Source: a virus. From it: a stretch of 64,000 nucleotides of DNA. The notes under the pieces were generated by a model that saw nothing but the letters and a program-made list of their open reading frames with translations, did not search any database and was not told where the DNA came from. The stretch is from the IMG/VR virus record IMGVR_UViG_3300031991_000011, positions 1-64,000 of that record; one strand, written 5' to 3'. How positions within the stretch are numbered: the stretch's first letter is position 1; each line of letters opens with the position of its first letter. This document shows positions 37,701 to 45,139 of this stretch, in pieces. A program made the translations under genes and the position numbers.

Positions 37701-39479
37701 AGCCAGGAAGATGCCGGAAAGCTCTTCGGTCGATGCTTTGTTGACGCGGGCCGCTTCTGCCACGGAGATGAAGATGCGGCGCGTTGCCTCGTTCGTGAAG
37801 TTGGCGGCGTCCGTCGCGATGGCGAAGCGACCGTACTCTTGCGAGAGCACGCGGAAGCTCAGACCGAGGCGGTCTGCTTCCTGCGAGAGGAACCGAAGCT
37901 CGCCGCGCACACGCCCGGAGTCATTCTCGAACACTGCGTTGAGTCGAGACTGCGCAGCTTCGATGTTTCGAATCGCTTCGATCACGCCGCCGATCTGCGT
38001 GATGGCCGCGTAGAGACCGACGAACTGCGTTGCCAGTGAGAGCACTTCGCCGCGGAAGCGCTGCATCAAGGACAACGCGCGTCGCGACTGGTCCGCGAAC
38101 TGGGTAACACCCTGGGCCGCTTGACCCGCCGCGGCACCCGTCTGGCGCAGCCCGTTGTTGAGCGTGGTGATGTCCCGGCCGAGCAGCCCGGCGGCGATGG
38201 CGGCGCGGTTCTGGGCCGCGGCGGCCTGGGCCGCGGCGTCGGCGGCGGCCAGGGCGGCGATCTGCGACTCGCGGTCTGCCGTGATCTTGAGCCGTTGCTG
38301 GTTGGCCGCGTCGCGCAGCGCGCCGCGCAGTTGCGTCAACGCTTCCGTCTGGGCCCGCCATGCGACGCCGGCCGCGGATGCGTTGGCTCGCGCCGCTTCG
38401 AGTTCGGCGCGCAGCGCGGCGCTCGGGGCTGTCGTGGCAGAGAACTCAGCTTTGAGCCTCGCCAGTTCTTCTCGGGCGGCGCGGAACGCGAGCCGCGCCT
38501 GATCGACGGCTTGCTGTTGCGCCTTGAAGGCCGCGCTCGTGGCCTGCGTGCCCGCAGAGCCGCCGGCCGCAGTTGCCGCCCTGGTCGCCTGTTGCTGCCG
38601 AAGCAGCGCATCGGAGACCTTCTGGATCGCGACGGCGACGCGCTCGGATTCTTGCTTGAGCGCTTCCTGCTTGACCTCAACGCCGCCCAGGGCTTGGGCT
38701 GCGCCGCCAGCCACGTTTCGGATTTCGGACAGGGCTGTCTTGGCTTCGTCTACGGCCGCGGTCTCTGCGCGAGCCGCGATGGCGGCGCGCTCGAACTCGA
38801 TGTTCGCGGCGCGTAGATCGGCGCCCGCCGTTTTGACCTGAGCCGAGAGGGTAGAGAACGCTTGCCCCGCCGCCCGCACCGCGGTTCGCTGCGCGTTGAC
38901 GGCCGCGTTCTGACGAGTCTGGGCTTCGATGAGCGAGATGAGCGTCGCTTGCTGCTGTCGCACCGCTTCTCGCGCAGCATCGCTGGCGCCCTTTTGGTTG
39001 CGCAGCGCGACGATGAGATTCTGGTATCGTTCCTTGGCAGCGGCGACCTCGCCGTTGAGACGAGCTTGTTCCGCCCTGGCCTGCGCCAGCGACGCCCGCT
39101 CTCGATCAAGGGCTTGGCCGGCGCGCGTCGCCGCCTCTTGCAGTTGGAGGAAGACGAGCGACGCCTGCCGCACCACGCCCGAGATCGCGCCGAGGCGCGA
39201 CTGGGCCTCGCGCAACGACTTCTCCAGGCGGTCGGTCTCGCCGGACGCGCGGTCGAGATCGCGGGCCACGCGGCTGAGTGCCGTGAGCCCCGCCGCGTTC
39301 TTCTGGAGAGTCTGAAACTCGGTGCCCAGGCGCGAGAGCGTCGTGTTCGCCGCGGCGCCGGACTTGCTTAGGTTGCCCTGCTGCTCCACAAGCTCCTGGA
39401 GCGATTTCGTGATTCCGTCAACCGCCGCCTTCGCCTGATCTCGGGCGCGGATGACAAGCTCGACTTCACGCTTTGCCAT
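34737..39479 (-). CDS. tail tape measure protein
   Basis: 1580 aa, Ala/Gln/Arg-rich coiled coil; follows the chaperone genes. Confidence 0.8.
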   Translation of the reverse strand: MAKREVELVIRARDQAKAAVDGITKSLQELVEQQGNLSKSGAAANTTLSRLGTEFQTLQKNAAGLTALSRVARDLDRASGETDRLEKSLREAQSRLGAISGVVRQASLVFLQLQEAATRAGQALDRERASLAQARAEQARLNGEVAAAKERYQNLIVALRNQKGASDAAREAVRQQQATLISLIEAQTRQNAAVNAQRTAVRAAGQAFSTLSAQVKTAGADLRAANIEFERAAIAARAETAAVDEAKTALSEIRNVAGGAAQALGGVEVKQEALKQESERVAVAIQKVSDALLRQQQATRAATAAGGSAGTQATSAAFKAQQQAVDQARLAFRAAREELARLKAEFSATTAPSAALRAELEAARANASAAGVAWRAQTEALTQLRGALRDAANQQRLKITADRESQIAALAAADAAAQAAAAQNRAAIAAGLLGRDITTLNNGLRQTGAAAGQAAQGVTQFADQSRRALSLMQRFRGEVLSLATQFVGLYAAITQIGGVIEAIRNIEAAQSRLNAVFENDSGRVRGELRFLSQEADRLGLSFRVLSQEYGRFAIATDAANFTNEATRRIFISVAEAARVNKASTEELSGIFLALQQIVSKGTVSMEELRRQLGDRLPGAFNIFAEALGVTTAELDRMIRQGEVVASQDTLLKFADELERRFGGSLPASLETVTTQIDRFQNNIFEAQARIGAGGFTDALEDSLRRLNEFFKSREGRDFFLELGSLLGQVVRVLDFVVANFDLLVAVFQAFVTVRISQAVVGIVTALRASSVVAVQAAQSFLALDAAQQKQILTESTLAVRVAATGVALRALIGSAATAAVSIVTTGAASTATAAAMGRLAAGAALAGVAIRGLIAALGPVAIVALAITALISVFGQTQDAIVDTSRALDEHNRILDQYETEVREAERAGRAFNASLVETTAFEARANLEQLAAAYTDTRKASTEAARDIIGDWRRQNEEFRDNAAVREIQRLTKQLQDGTLSVKSYQERLREMADELEGPAAISITGLIARLHAQQDELRATEQALGTQAAVVQRLGGDLGDLTQFYRAVGIEVDQATGAIRSFTDALDEQRQAAAEAASIEQALIQGIPARAREAERNAAREAVDEQERQIRALDITADRQKELLDLVEERRSAVERQFREEDARDSRRGSRNSRNEQREFNEEIQRTNDLRRFELEQLQRSNREREIEAAVFEARTRANDRGVTFSPDQEAEVRATTAAIFDATEAERVRNLVLEQQVRLRELLGQVVSVQQEITEEAARQGIDLATAEGQAWAEVTRQVIERTRAEQELKRQVEEVTALERQRQEMIREFEAARAAGELNGAEQQAQLAQIELMRQQIEAARQAALELARALGDEAAIARLERMNSVLTEQEQKVREIATRVNEMFAQGATDAILNATDAIGAAIAGTTSWGEALENVGDAFRQFAADFLRQIAQMIIQALILKAIQSSGLGGLIGGTVAEAGTAHRGGIAGMHMGPKKRVNMAAFAAAARYHTGGFAGLRRDEVPAILQRGEEIIANNDPRHAANGGGAAPQVGVRIVNTIDSGEFVAKGLETVQGFQTLMNVIRSNRVAINGALA

Positions 39480-39526
39480 GGGTCAGTCCTGCGCTCGGGT
39501 GGGGCTTTGTCCCTTATGCGGCCAAA

Positions 39527-39909
39527 TCATTCCCCGAGCAAATCCTTGTCCGAGCGCCGGCGTCTTTGGCCACGGGGCGGGGCTCCAGTCTTTGCCCGGT
39601 CGGGCCGATCCGGGATGCGGCTGTCTGCTTGGCCTCTCGGGGTCGGCGTTTCCCTCGGGACCGCCACGGTCGCGCCCTGGCCTCGTGGCCGACGATCCAC
39701 CTTCTTTTTGTCGCCCCCGAGAGAGCCTATGAGCTTCTGGAAAGCTTTGTTGCCCTGCTTGTCGAGCACAGAGATGATGGCCCCCTGCGTGAGCAGGGCG
39801 GCCGTCACAGCCGCGTCGTTCAGCCGGGCCACCACAATCCGCTCTTCCGCGTAAACGGCCCACAGCGGCCACCGGCTGGCGTCTGGATAGCCGTTCCCCC
39901 GGAGGAGGC
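39527..39909 (-). CDS. putative -1 frameshift extension of the tail assembly chaperone (T-like)
   Basis: frame -1 relative to 39910..40410 stays open for at least 24 codons before the chaperone stop and continues to 39527. Confidence 0.3.
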
Positions 39910-40410
39910 TTACGGTGCGTCGGATGCCAGAAAGCCAGCCTGCGAAGCTCGGAGCTTCGTCAGGAGACCGTTCACGCCGCCGAACATCCGCGTGATGGTC
40001 TCCAGAAACTCCCCCAGGCCGCCATGCTCCTCGAAGGTCAGGCGGGCGATCTCTTCGACGGCGCGCACCTGGACGGGCAGCGGCAGCCGGCGGGCGATGT
40101 TGTGGGCGTCGGAGGTCTTCACCGAGTCGGTCGCGAGCACGATGATGTCGGCCAGAAGCTCGGGGGCTTGCTCGGCTGCCGCGAGCACCACCTGGGCGCC
40201 GTCAGAGAAGTCGGCCTTTCCTTTTTCGGTGGTCGCGGTGGTGAGCTTGTCGAACAGCTTCACCAGATCGGGGCCGTGAAGCATCACCAGCTTCATGATG
40301 TCTTCCAGCGCGATACCCCGAACCGTGATGAACTGGGCGGGCCGGTCGCCTTTGGCGGCGCGGACCTGGATGTCGGTTGTCTCGAATGTGATCTCGGTAA
40401 GCTGACCCAT
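39910..40410 (-). CDS. tail assembly chaperone (gpG-like)
   Basis: 166-aa acidic protein between the major tail and tape measure genes. Confidence 0.5.
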   Translation of the reverse strand: MGQLTEITFETTDIQVRAAKGDRPAQFITVRGIALEDIMKLVMLHGPDLVKLFDKLTTATTEKGKADFSDGAQVVLAAAEQAPELLADIIVLATDSVKTSDAHNIARRLPLPVQVRAVEEIARLTFEEHGGLGEFLETITRMFGGVNGLLTKLRASQAGFLASDAP

Positions 40411-40519
40411 GTTTCCCTCTCGTCTTAAGACGGCGGGACACTACCCCAGGTCTGATCCAAACGCAAACGGGCCGCCCCGAAGGGCGGCCCGCTGTGATCC
40501 AGGGTGTCGGGGCCAGCGC

Positions 40520-41365
40520 TTAGGTGTACGCGGGCCGCTTGTCCATGTAGATCGCTTCCCGGTCGGTGCGCTTGAGCACTTCGATGGTGAAGGGGATCGA
40601 CTGCCACTCGTCGGCCTTGAGGTTGTAGTCGCCGTTCGGCGACACCTTGACCCACGGGAAGTAGTAATCGATGTCGTCGCCCGCCGGGTTGAACGCGATG
40701 TAGCGCATCGCGCCTTCGACCGGCTGCGAGCCCGAGATGACGCGCGTGTAGGTGGACGCGCGGATCGAGTAATCGACTTCGAGTTGCGTGCCGTTCGCGA
40801 TGCCGCCGCCGATGACGACGTACAGGCGACCGAGTTCGTAGTCGATGGTGTAGTCGGTGCCTTCGACATAGGCTTCGACCAGCGAGTTCGAGTTGTCGCG
40901 GTCGTAGACCACCGGGTTGACGCCGCCCGAGTTCGACGTGTCAGGGCCACCAGCGATGCCCTTGGCGCCGGCGGGCCGCGTGGTCGAAACGCCGAGTTGA
41001 TAGTGATAGCCCTGCGTGACGCCGTTGGTCGCGGCGAGAACTTCGTTGGTGATCGCGCCACCGGCCTCGACGATGCTCGACGCCGAGCCGAAGAAGAACA
41101 GCGCAACGTTCTCGGGATCGATGTCGTCGCAGACCATCGAGCCGGTGCGGTTGACTTGGAGAGCAATGCTCTCGTCCTTCTCGCGAATGCCGTGGTCAGA
41201 CGAGAAGTGATCGAGCACTTCCTGCTCGATGGTCAGCGAGAACTCGGGGGTGTTCCCGATGTAGCGTTCGTCGGGCGCGTCGAACGTGCCGGTGACGAAC
41301 CGCGCAAAGTGGACTTCGCCGCGGCCCAGCGTGTAGTTGGCCGTCTTGGTCGCTTGGGTAGCCAT
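40520..41365 (-). CDS. major tail protein
   Basis: 281 aa, position upstream of the chaperone pair; contains DTSNSGG and DNSNSLVE. Confidence 0.5.
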   Translation of the reverse strand: MATQATKTANYTLGRGEVHFARFVTGTFDAPDERYIGNTPEFSLTIEQEVLDHFSSDHGIREKDESIALQVNRTGSMVCDDIDPENVALFFFGSASSIVEAGGAITNEVLAATNGVTQGYHYQLGVSTTRPAGAKGIAGGPDTSNSGGVNPVVYDRDNSNSLVEAYVEGTDYTIDYELGRLYVVIGGGIANGTQLEVDYSIRASTYTRVISGSQPVEGAMRYIAFNPAGDDIDYYFPWVKVSPNGDYNLKADEWQSIPFTIEVLKRTDREAIYMDKRPAYT

Positions 41366-41416
41366 GGTCGGGTCTCCTTGAGCATTCTTTGGTGCCGGTT
41401 ATCCGGCCACGAGACT

Positions 41417-41456
41417 GATCTACAGCCTCAGCGGGGACGAAAGTCAACGGGTCGGG
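41417..41456 (-). promoter_or_regulatory. conserved 40-bp element upstream of major tail gene (promoter-like, TTGACT...TAGATC)
   Basis: 34/40 identical to 45637..45676; lies ~50-90 nt upstream of ATG 41365. Confidence 0.35.
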
Positions 41457-41488
41457 GGCCTAAGAAAATCCCAGCGGATGTCAACAGG

Positions 41489-42058
41489 TCAGTCGTAAGG
41501 TCGTTCCAGGTCTTCCACCAGTTTGATCGTGACCTGGAGCCAGAAGTATGCCTTCCCCGAGATTTCGTCCGGCGGCCGGCACACCGGGCTCCCGATGATT
41601 ATGTCGGTCACGGCACCCTTGCCGTTTGCCCCATAGACACCCAGCAACGGCGTCATCACACGGCCGTATCGTTTCCGTTCTGCGGCGGGTCGTTCTTTCT
41701 CCGCTGCGAGTGCCATGATCACGTCGGCCGCCAGGAGGTAGGCGGGATCAGTGGGGTTGATCTTGTCTTCCTTGCAGAAGCCTTGGATCGAGATGTCCCA
41801 CGGGCCGCTAGATTCCTGCGACTCCTCGGGCGGCGGAATCTGATCGTTCGCAATCGGCGTCTCCAGGATTGCGATCATCGGCACGGGGTCGCCGTCGCCG
41901 AAGAGGTTTCGTCCGCGGAAGACGCGCCCTGAGAGATCGTTCTGATACTGCGGCGCGTCGGGCGCACTGTTGCTGTCAACCGAGATCGCTTCGAGCAGCG
42001 AGGTCAGCGCCATCATGACACGAAGCCGAAGCGGGTATTGCCATGTCGTCGTCATCAC
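41489..42058 (-). CDS. tail completion / head-tail protein
   Basis: 189-aa ORF in the head-tail region; contains VDSNSAPD. Confidence 0.4.
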   Translation of the reverse strand: MMTTTWQYPLRLRVMMALTSLLEAISVDSNSAPDAPQYQNDLSGRVFRGRNLFGDGDPVPMIAILETPIANDQIPPPEESQESSGPWDISIQGFCKEDKINPTDPAYLLAADVIMALAAEKERPAAERKRYGRVMTPLLGVYGANGKGAVTDIIIGSPVCRPPDEISGKAYFWLQVTIKLVEDLERPYD

Positions 42059-42660
42059 AAGCCCTCGACCTTCATCTGGCGCAAGAACTCGCGCTCCAGC
42101 GCGGACGCCACGTCATCTTCTATCTCCACCCATATGCCCTGGCGTTCGTCTCGGTGCAACAGAGCTTGTGACACGCTCGGGCCGTAGAGGGACCACAGAT
42201 TCTTGCCGATCTTCCGCGGCCGGAACGCGCCGGTTGGCTTCGTCGGCGAGCGAACCGCGAGCAGCGTGTTCTCGCCGCCGGCCCGGCCCGAGACCGAGAG
42301 CAAGAAGGCGCCGGGCAGAGAACGCACGCCGCCGGGCGCGACCTCGACCTTCACTTTGCCTTTGCCGCGCGCACTGCCGCTGACGAAGCGAGCCAGGGAT
42401 CGCGGATCGCTCGACGCTGAGAGTCGGCCCTCAAGGCGGCCCGCCGACGCCGGCCGCAGTGCGATCTTTCCATCTTGGCTCACCAGATAGCGGGCCGGGA
42501 AGTTCACCTGCTGGCGGAGCAGCCTCGACGACTGCGTGCGCGAGTTTCGGAGGATTTGATTGATGGCGCGGGACGCGATCTGCGCCGTCTGGCGCGGCAG
42601 CGACTCCAGGTCATCGAGCGAACGCAGTCCGCGAATCGTGACGGTGAACTCGTTTGCCAT
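42055..42660 (-). CDS. head-tail joining / minor tail protein
   Basis: 201-aa ORF with ATGA-type coupling. Confidence 0.4.
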   Translation of the reverse strand: MANEFTVTIRGLRSLDDLESLPRQTAQIASRAINQILRNSRTQSSRLLRQQVNFPARYLVSQDGKIALRPASAGRLEGRLSASSDPRSLARFVSGSARGKGKVKVEVAPGGVRSLPGAFLLSVSGRAGGENTLLAVRSPTKPTGAFRPRKIGKNLWSLYGPSVSQALLHRDERQGIWVEIEDDVASALEREFLRQMKVEGL

Positions 42661-43076
42661 TATTCATCCTCGGGCACCGGGAGCCCGGCAGCGTCGGCAG
42701 CGTCGAGCCGCGTGATGCGCGCCTTGATGGTTTCCTGGTCGTGTGGCTCGATCACGTCGAGCGAATACGCCTCGCCGACGCCGAGCGAGATGACTGCGTT
42801 GCGCACCAGTGTGATGCCTTTTTCCGTCAGTTCGCTGCGCCAGAAGATCGCTTGCGGGATAGGCTCGAACCGCTCGGCGCTGTTCAAGCTCGTGCCGGCT
42901 TGGTCGCCGAGCTTCGTCTGGTTCTCGTGGACCCTGACTTCAAGTTCGGGGATGTCACCGGCCGAGTTCGAGCCGGCCTCGACATACGGGATGCCATCGG
43001 CGAGATAGAGGCAGCGCGTCTTCATCGTCTGGTGGACGACGTTCCGCGCTGCCCGCTTGGTGTCTCGCCAGGACAT
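42660..43076 (-). CDS. head-tail connector protein
   Basis: 138-aa ORF. Confidence 0.4.
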   Translation of the reverse strand: MSWRDTKRAARNVVHQTMKTRCLYLADGIPYVEAGSNSAGDIPELEVRVHENQTKLGDQAGTSLNSAERFEPIPQAIFWRSELTEKGITLVRNAVISLGVGEAYSLDVIEPHDQETIKARITRLDAADAAGLPVPEDE

Positions 43077-43081
43077 GGCGG

Positions 43082-43453
43082 TCAGGCGTCGGCGTCAGCG
43101 ACCACCGGGCCGTTCAACTCCGTGCCAAGCAGCGCCGTCTTGGAGCGCGGCCCGACCTTGCGGCCTTCGAGCGGAAGGCCGTCCATGCCGAGGCCCTTGA
43201 TCGCGAGACGAGCCCGCAGGCCGGGTGTCTCGGCCTCCAGGTCTTGGCGGCGCGTGCGGGGGTTGATGTCGGCCTGGATGGCCGCGGCCACCGCCTTCGT
43301 GTCGCGGTCGTTCGGGCGACCGGCGAAGCCCTGCTCGATGAGGTACTTGGCTTCGGCGTCCACGATGTCCTCGGTCTCGCCGCCGTAGAAGCGCGTGGGC
43401 TTCTTGTCGCCGACTTTGGTGCTCGTGCAGCCAGTCAGAAATGTGATCTTCAT
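43082..43453 (-). CDS. hypothetical protein, possible lipoprotein
   Basis: ATG 43453 after AAGAGGGAAG RBS; MKITFLTGCTS (lipobox-like LTGC with very short signal peptide). Confidence 0.35.
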   Translation of the reverse strand: MKITFLTGCTSTKVGDKKPTRFYGGETEDIVDAEAKYLIEQGFAGRPNDRDTKAVAAAIQADINPRTRRQDLEAETPGLRARLAIKGLGMDGLPLEGRKVGPRSKTALLGTELNGPVVADADA

Positions 43454-43519
43454 GCTTCCCTCTTGGTATGCGGAAATCCGGGCCGGCGAACTGCCGGCCC
43501 GGTTCCTTGTCAGCACCTA

Positions 43520-44614
43520 TCAGGGTGCCGAGTTCGAGTCTTCCAGAACCACTCGGGCGTGGAACGTCCGGTTGGGCTGGGTAAGAATCGGGAGCGGCGC
43601 GGATTGCGTCATGATGTTGAGGGCGGACGGGTCTTCCGCTTCCCACATCTTCGGGAACACCGCTTGCGGGCGCAGGCCGGCCTTCGCGTCGAGGATGGCG
43701 CCGAAGGCCATGACACCGCCGACATCGGGGGTGGAGATCACGAGATCGCGGGGATTCATGATGTCCACTTGGACGCCGCTGTTGTCCACGTAGAAGTCCT
43801 CGTAGAGGACGAACGTGAGATTGCCGTTGGTGCCGCTCAGCGTGCCCACAACCTGCCAGGGCTGGTCGGGGGTGCTGGACGCGATCAGCGCACGGGCGAT
43901 GCTGTTGCCTTCGCCGCCGCGAACGTTCGTGTCCATGAGTTCGAGCAGCGAAGTGTTCTTGCGCATCACGCGCCAGACTTCGCGGCCGAGAGTCACGACC
44001 GAGCCACGGCCGCCGCGTTCGGCGTTCGCCATCGCGTCGAGATATTCCTGGAACGCAGCCACGATGTCCGTGCTGGTCGTCCAGAAGCCGCTCGACTTGA
44101 TGTCTTCCAGCGCCGTGTCGCGGGCGTAGTCAACTTGCTGCGTCGGGCCGTCCTCGTACTCGACGAGAACCTTGCCGTAGATCATGGCCTGGGCGGCCAT
44201 GACTTCCCAGCGGCGCTCGATGATGTTGCGGTGATGGCGCAGGATCGCCTCGACCTCGGCGTCCCAGTTCTGGGCCGGCGTGCGCGGGGTATCGTCGAAC
44301 AGGTTGCCCGGCCGGCGGGTGAACTGCTCGGACGGGATCACCGGGTCGCGCGGCTTGATATAGGCCGGCGTGAAGCTCTTCGCCTTCGAGCCGCGACGCC
44401 GATAGGACGGCTTGCCGGGGACGGACGGCAGAACGAACGCAGCGACCTCGCGCGAGAAGTCGTTGATCTCCTCGAAGATGATCGACTGGCGATCCGACTG
44501 GAACACGTTGTTCGTGAACCCGCCGAGGTTGCGCCAATAGTTCGTGACCGTCTCCAGCCGCTGGTCGCGGTAGACGCCGAGCAGGGCTCGGGGGGAGATG
44601 ATTTCCAGAGACAT
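43520..44614 (-). CDS. major capsid protein (lambda gpE-like position)
   Basis: 364 aa downstream of the decoration and protease genes; C-terminal VVLEDSNSAP. Confidence 0.55.
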   Translation of the reverse strand: MSLEIISPRALLGVYRDQRLETVTNYWRNLGGFTNNVFQSDRQSIIFEEINDFSREVAAFVLPSVPGKPSYRRRGSKAKSFTPAYIKPRDPVIPSEQFTRRPGNLFDDTPRTPAQNWDAEVEAILRHHRNIIERRWEVMAAQAMIYGKVLVEYEDGPTQQVDYARDTALEDIKSSGFWTTSTDIVAAFQEYLDAMANAERGGRGSVVTLGREVWRVMRKNTSLLELMDTNVRGGEGNSIARALIASSTPDQPWQVVGTLSGTNGNLTFVLYEDFYVDNSGVQVDIMNPRDLVISTPDVGGVMAFGAILDAKAGLRPQAVFPKMWEAEDPSALNIMTQSAPLPILTQPNRTFHARVVLEDSNSAP

Positions 44615-44653
44615 TTTCGTCTACCTTTCGTGCGTTTGTGGTTGGGCCTTGGC

Positions 44654-45109
44654 TTAGCTCGGGGTGCCGGGCGACGCCGTGGCGATCTGATCCACCGTGA
44701 AGTTCGCGCCCGACGTTTCGAGCGACGTGCGCAGGGACGCGAGCGTCCAAGAGCCGTGCTTGTTGATCACGTCGAAGTTGAACACGCCGTTGAGATAGAA
44801 CTCAACGTCCTGGTTGTCGGCGCCGAGCAGCGAGTTCGAGTCCGCGAGACCCGAGTTCGAGTCGTTGTTCACGACCGCGTTGGCCGTGACGCCGACCGGG
44901 ACTTGCGAGCCATCGGCGGCGGCCGGGTTCGAGAGAACGAGCAGGCCCGTGCCGGTCACGCGACCGACCAGGGACAGGACCGGAAGGTCGGCCGAGGTTT
45001 CGCCGACCGAGGTCATCGTCGGCGCATGGAACCATGCGGCGTTGACCTGGGTGAACGTGTCGCTGTCTTGAGCAGCGAGACCCGGCGTGAAGGTCGGAAG
45101 AGCAGTCAT
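44654..45109 (-). CDS. head decoration protein (gpD-like position)
   Basis: 151 aa between protease/scaffold and capsid; two DSNS copies. Confidence 0.45.
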   Translation of the reverse strand: MTALPTFTPGLAAQDSDTFTQVNAAWFHAPTMTSVGETSADLPVLSLVGRVTGTGLLVLSNPAAADGSQVPVGVTANAVVNNDSNSGLADSNSLLGADNQDVEFYLNGVFNFDVINKHGSWTLASLRTSLETSGANFTVDQIATASPGTPS

Positions 45110-45139
45110 GGCATCGTCTCCTTAGAGGGGTCTCGTGTT

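Noticed and set aside
39910-39990. Canonical XXXYYYZ slippery site for the chaperone frameshift
   Set aside because: None found in the last 25 codons. The frameshift call is kept at low confidence.
41196-41447. 83-aa minus ORF starting MTFVPAEAVD
   Set aside because: It is the translated shadow of the duplicated 40-bp element, followed by Arg/His-rich junk. Interpreted as a regulatory repeat, not a gene.
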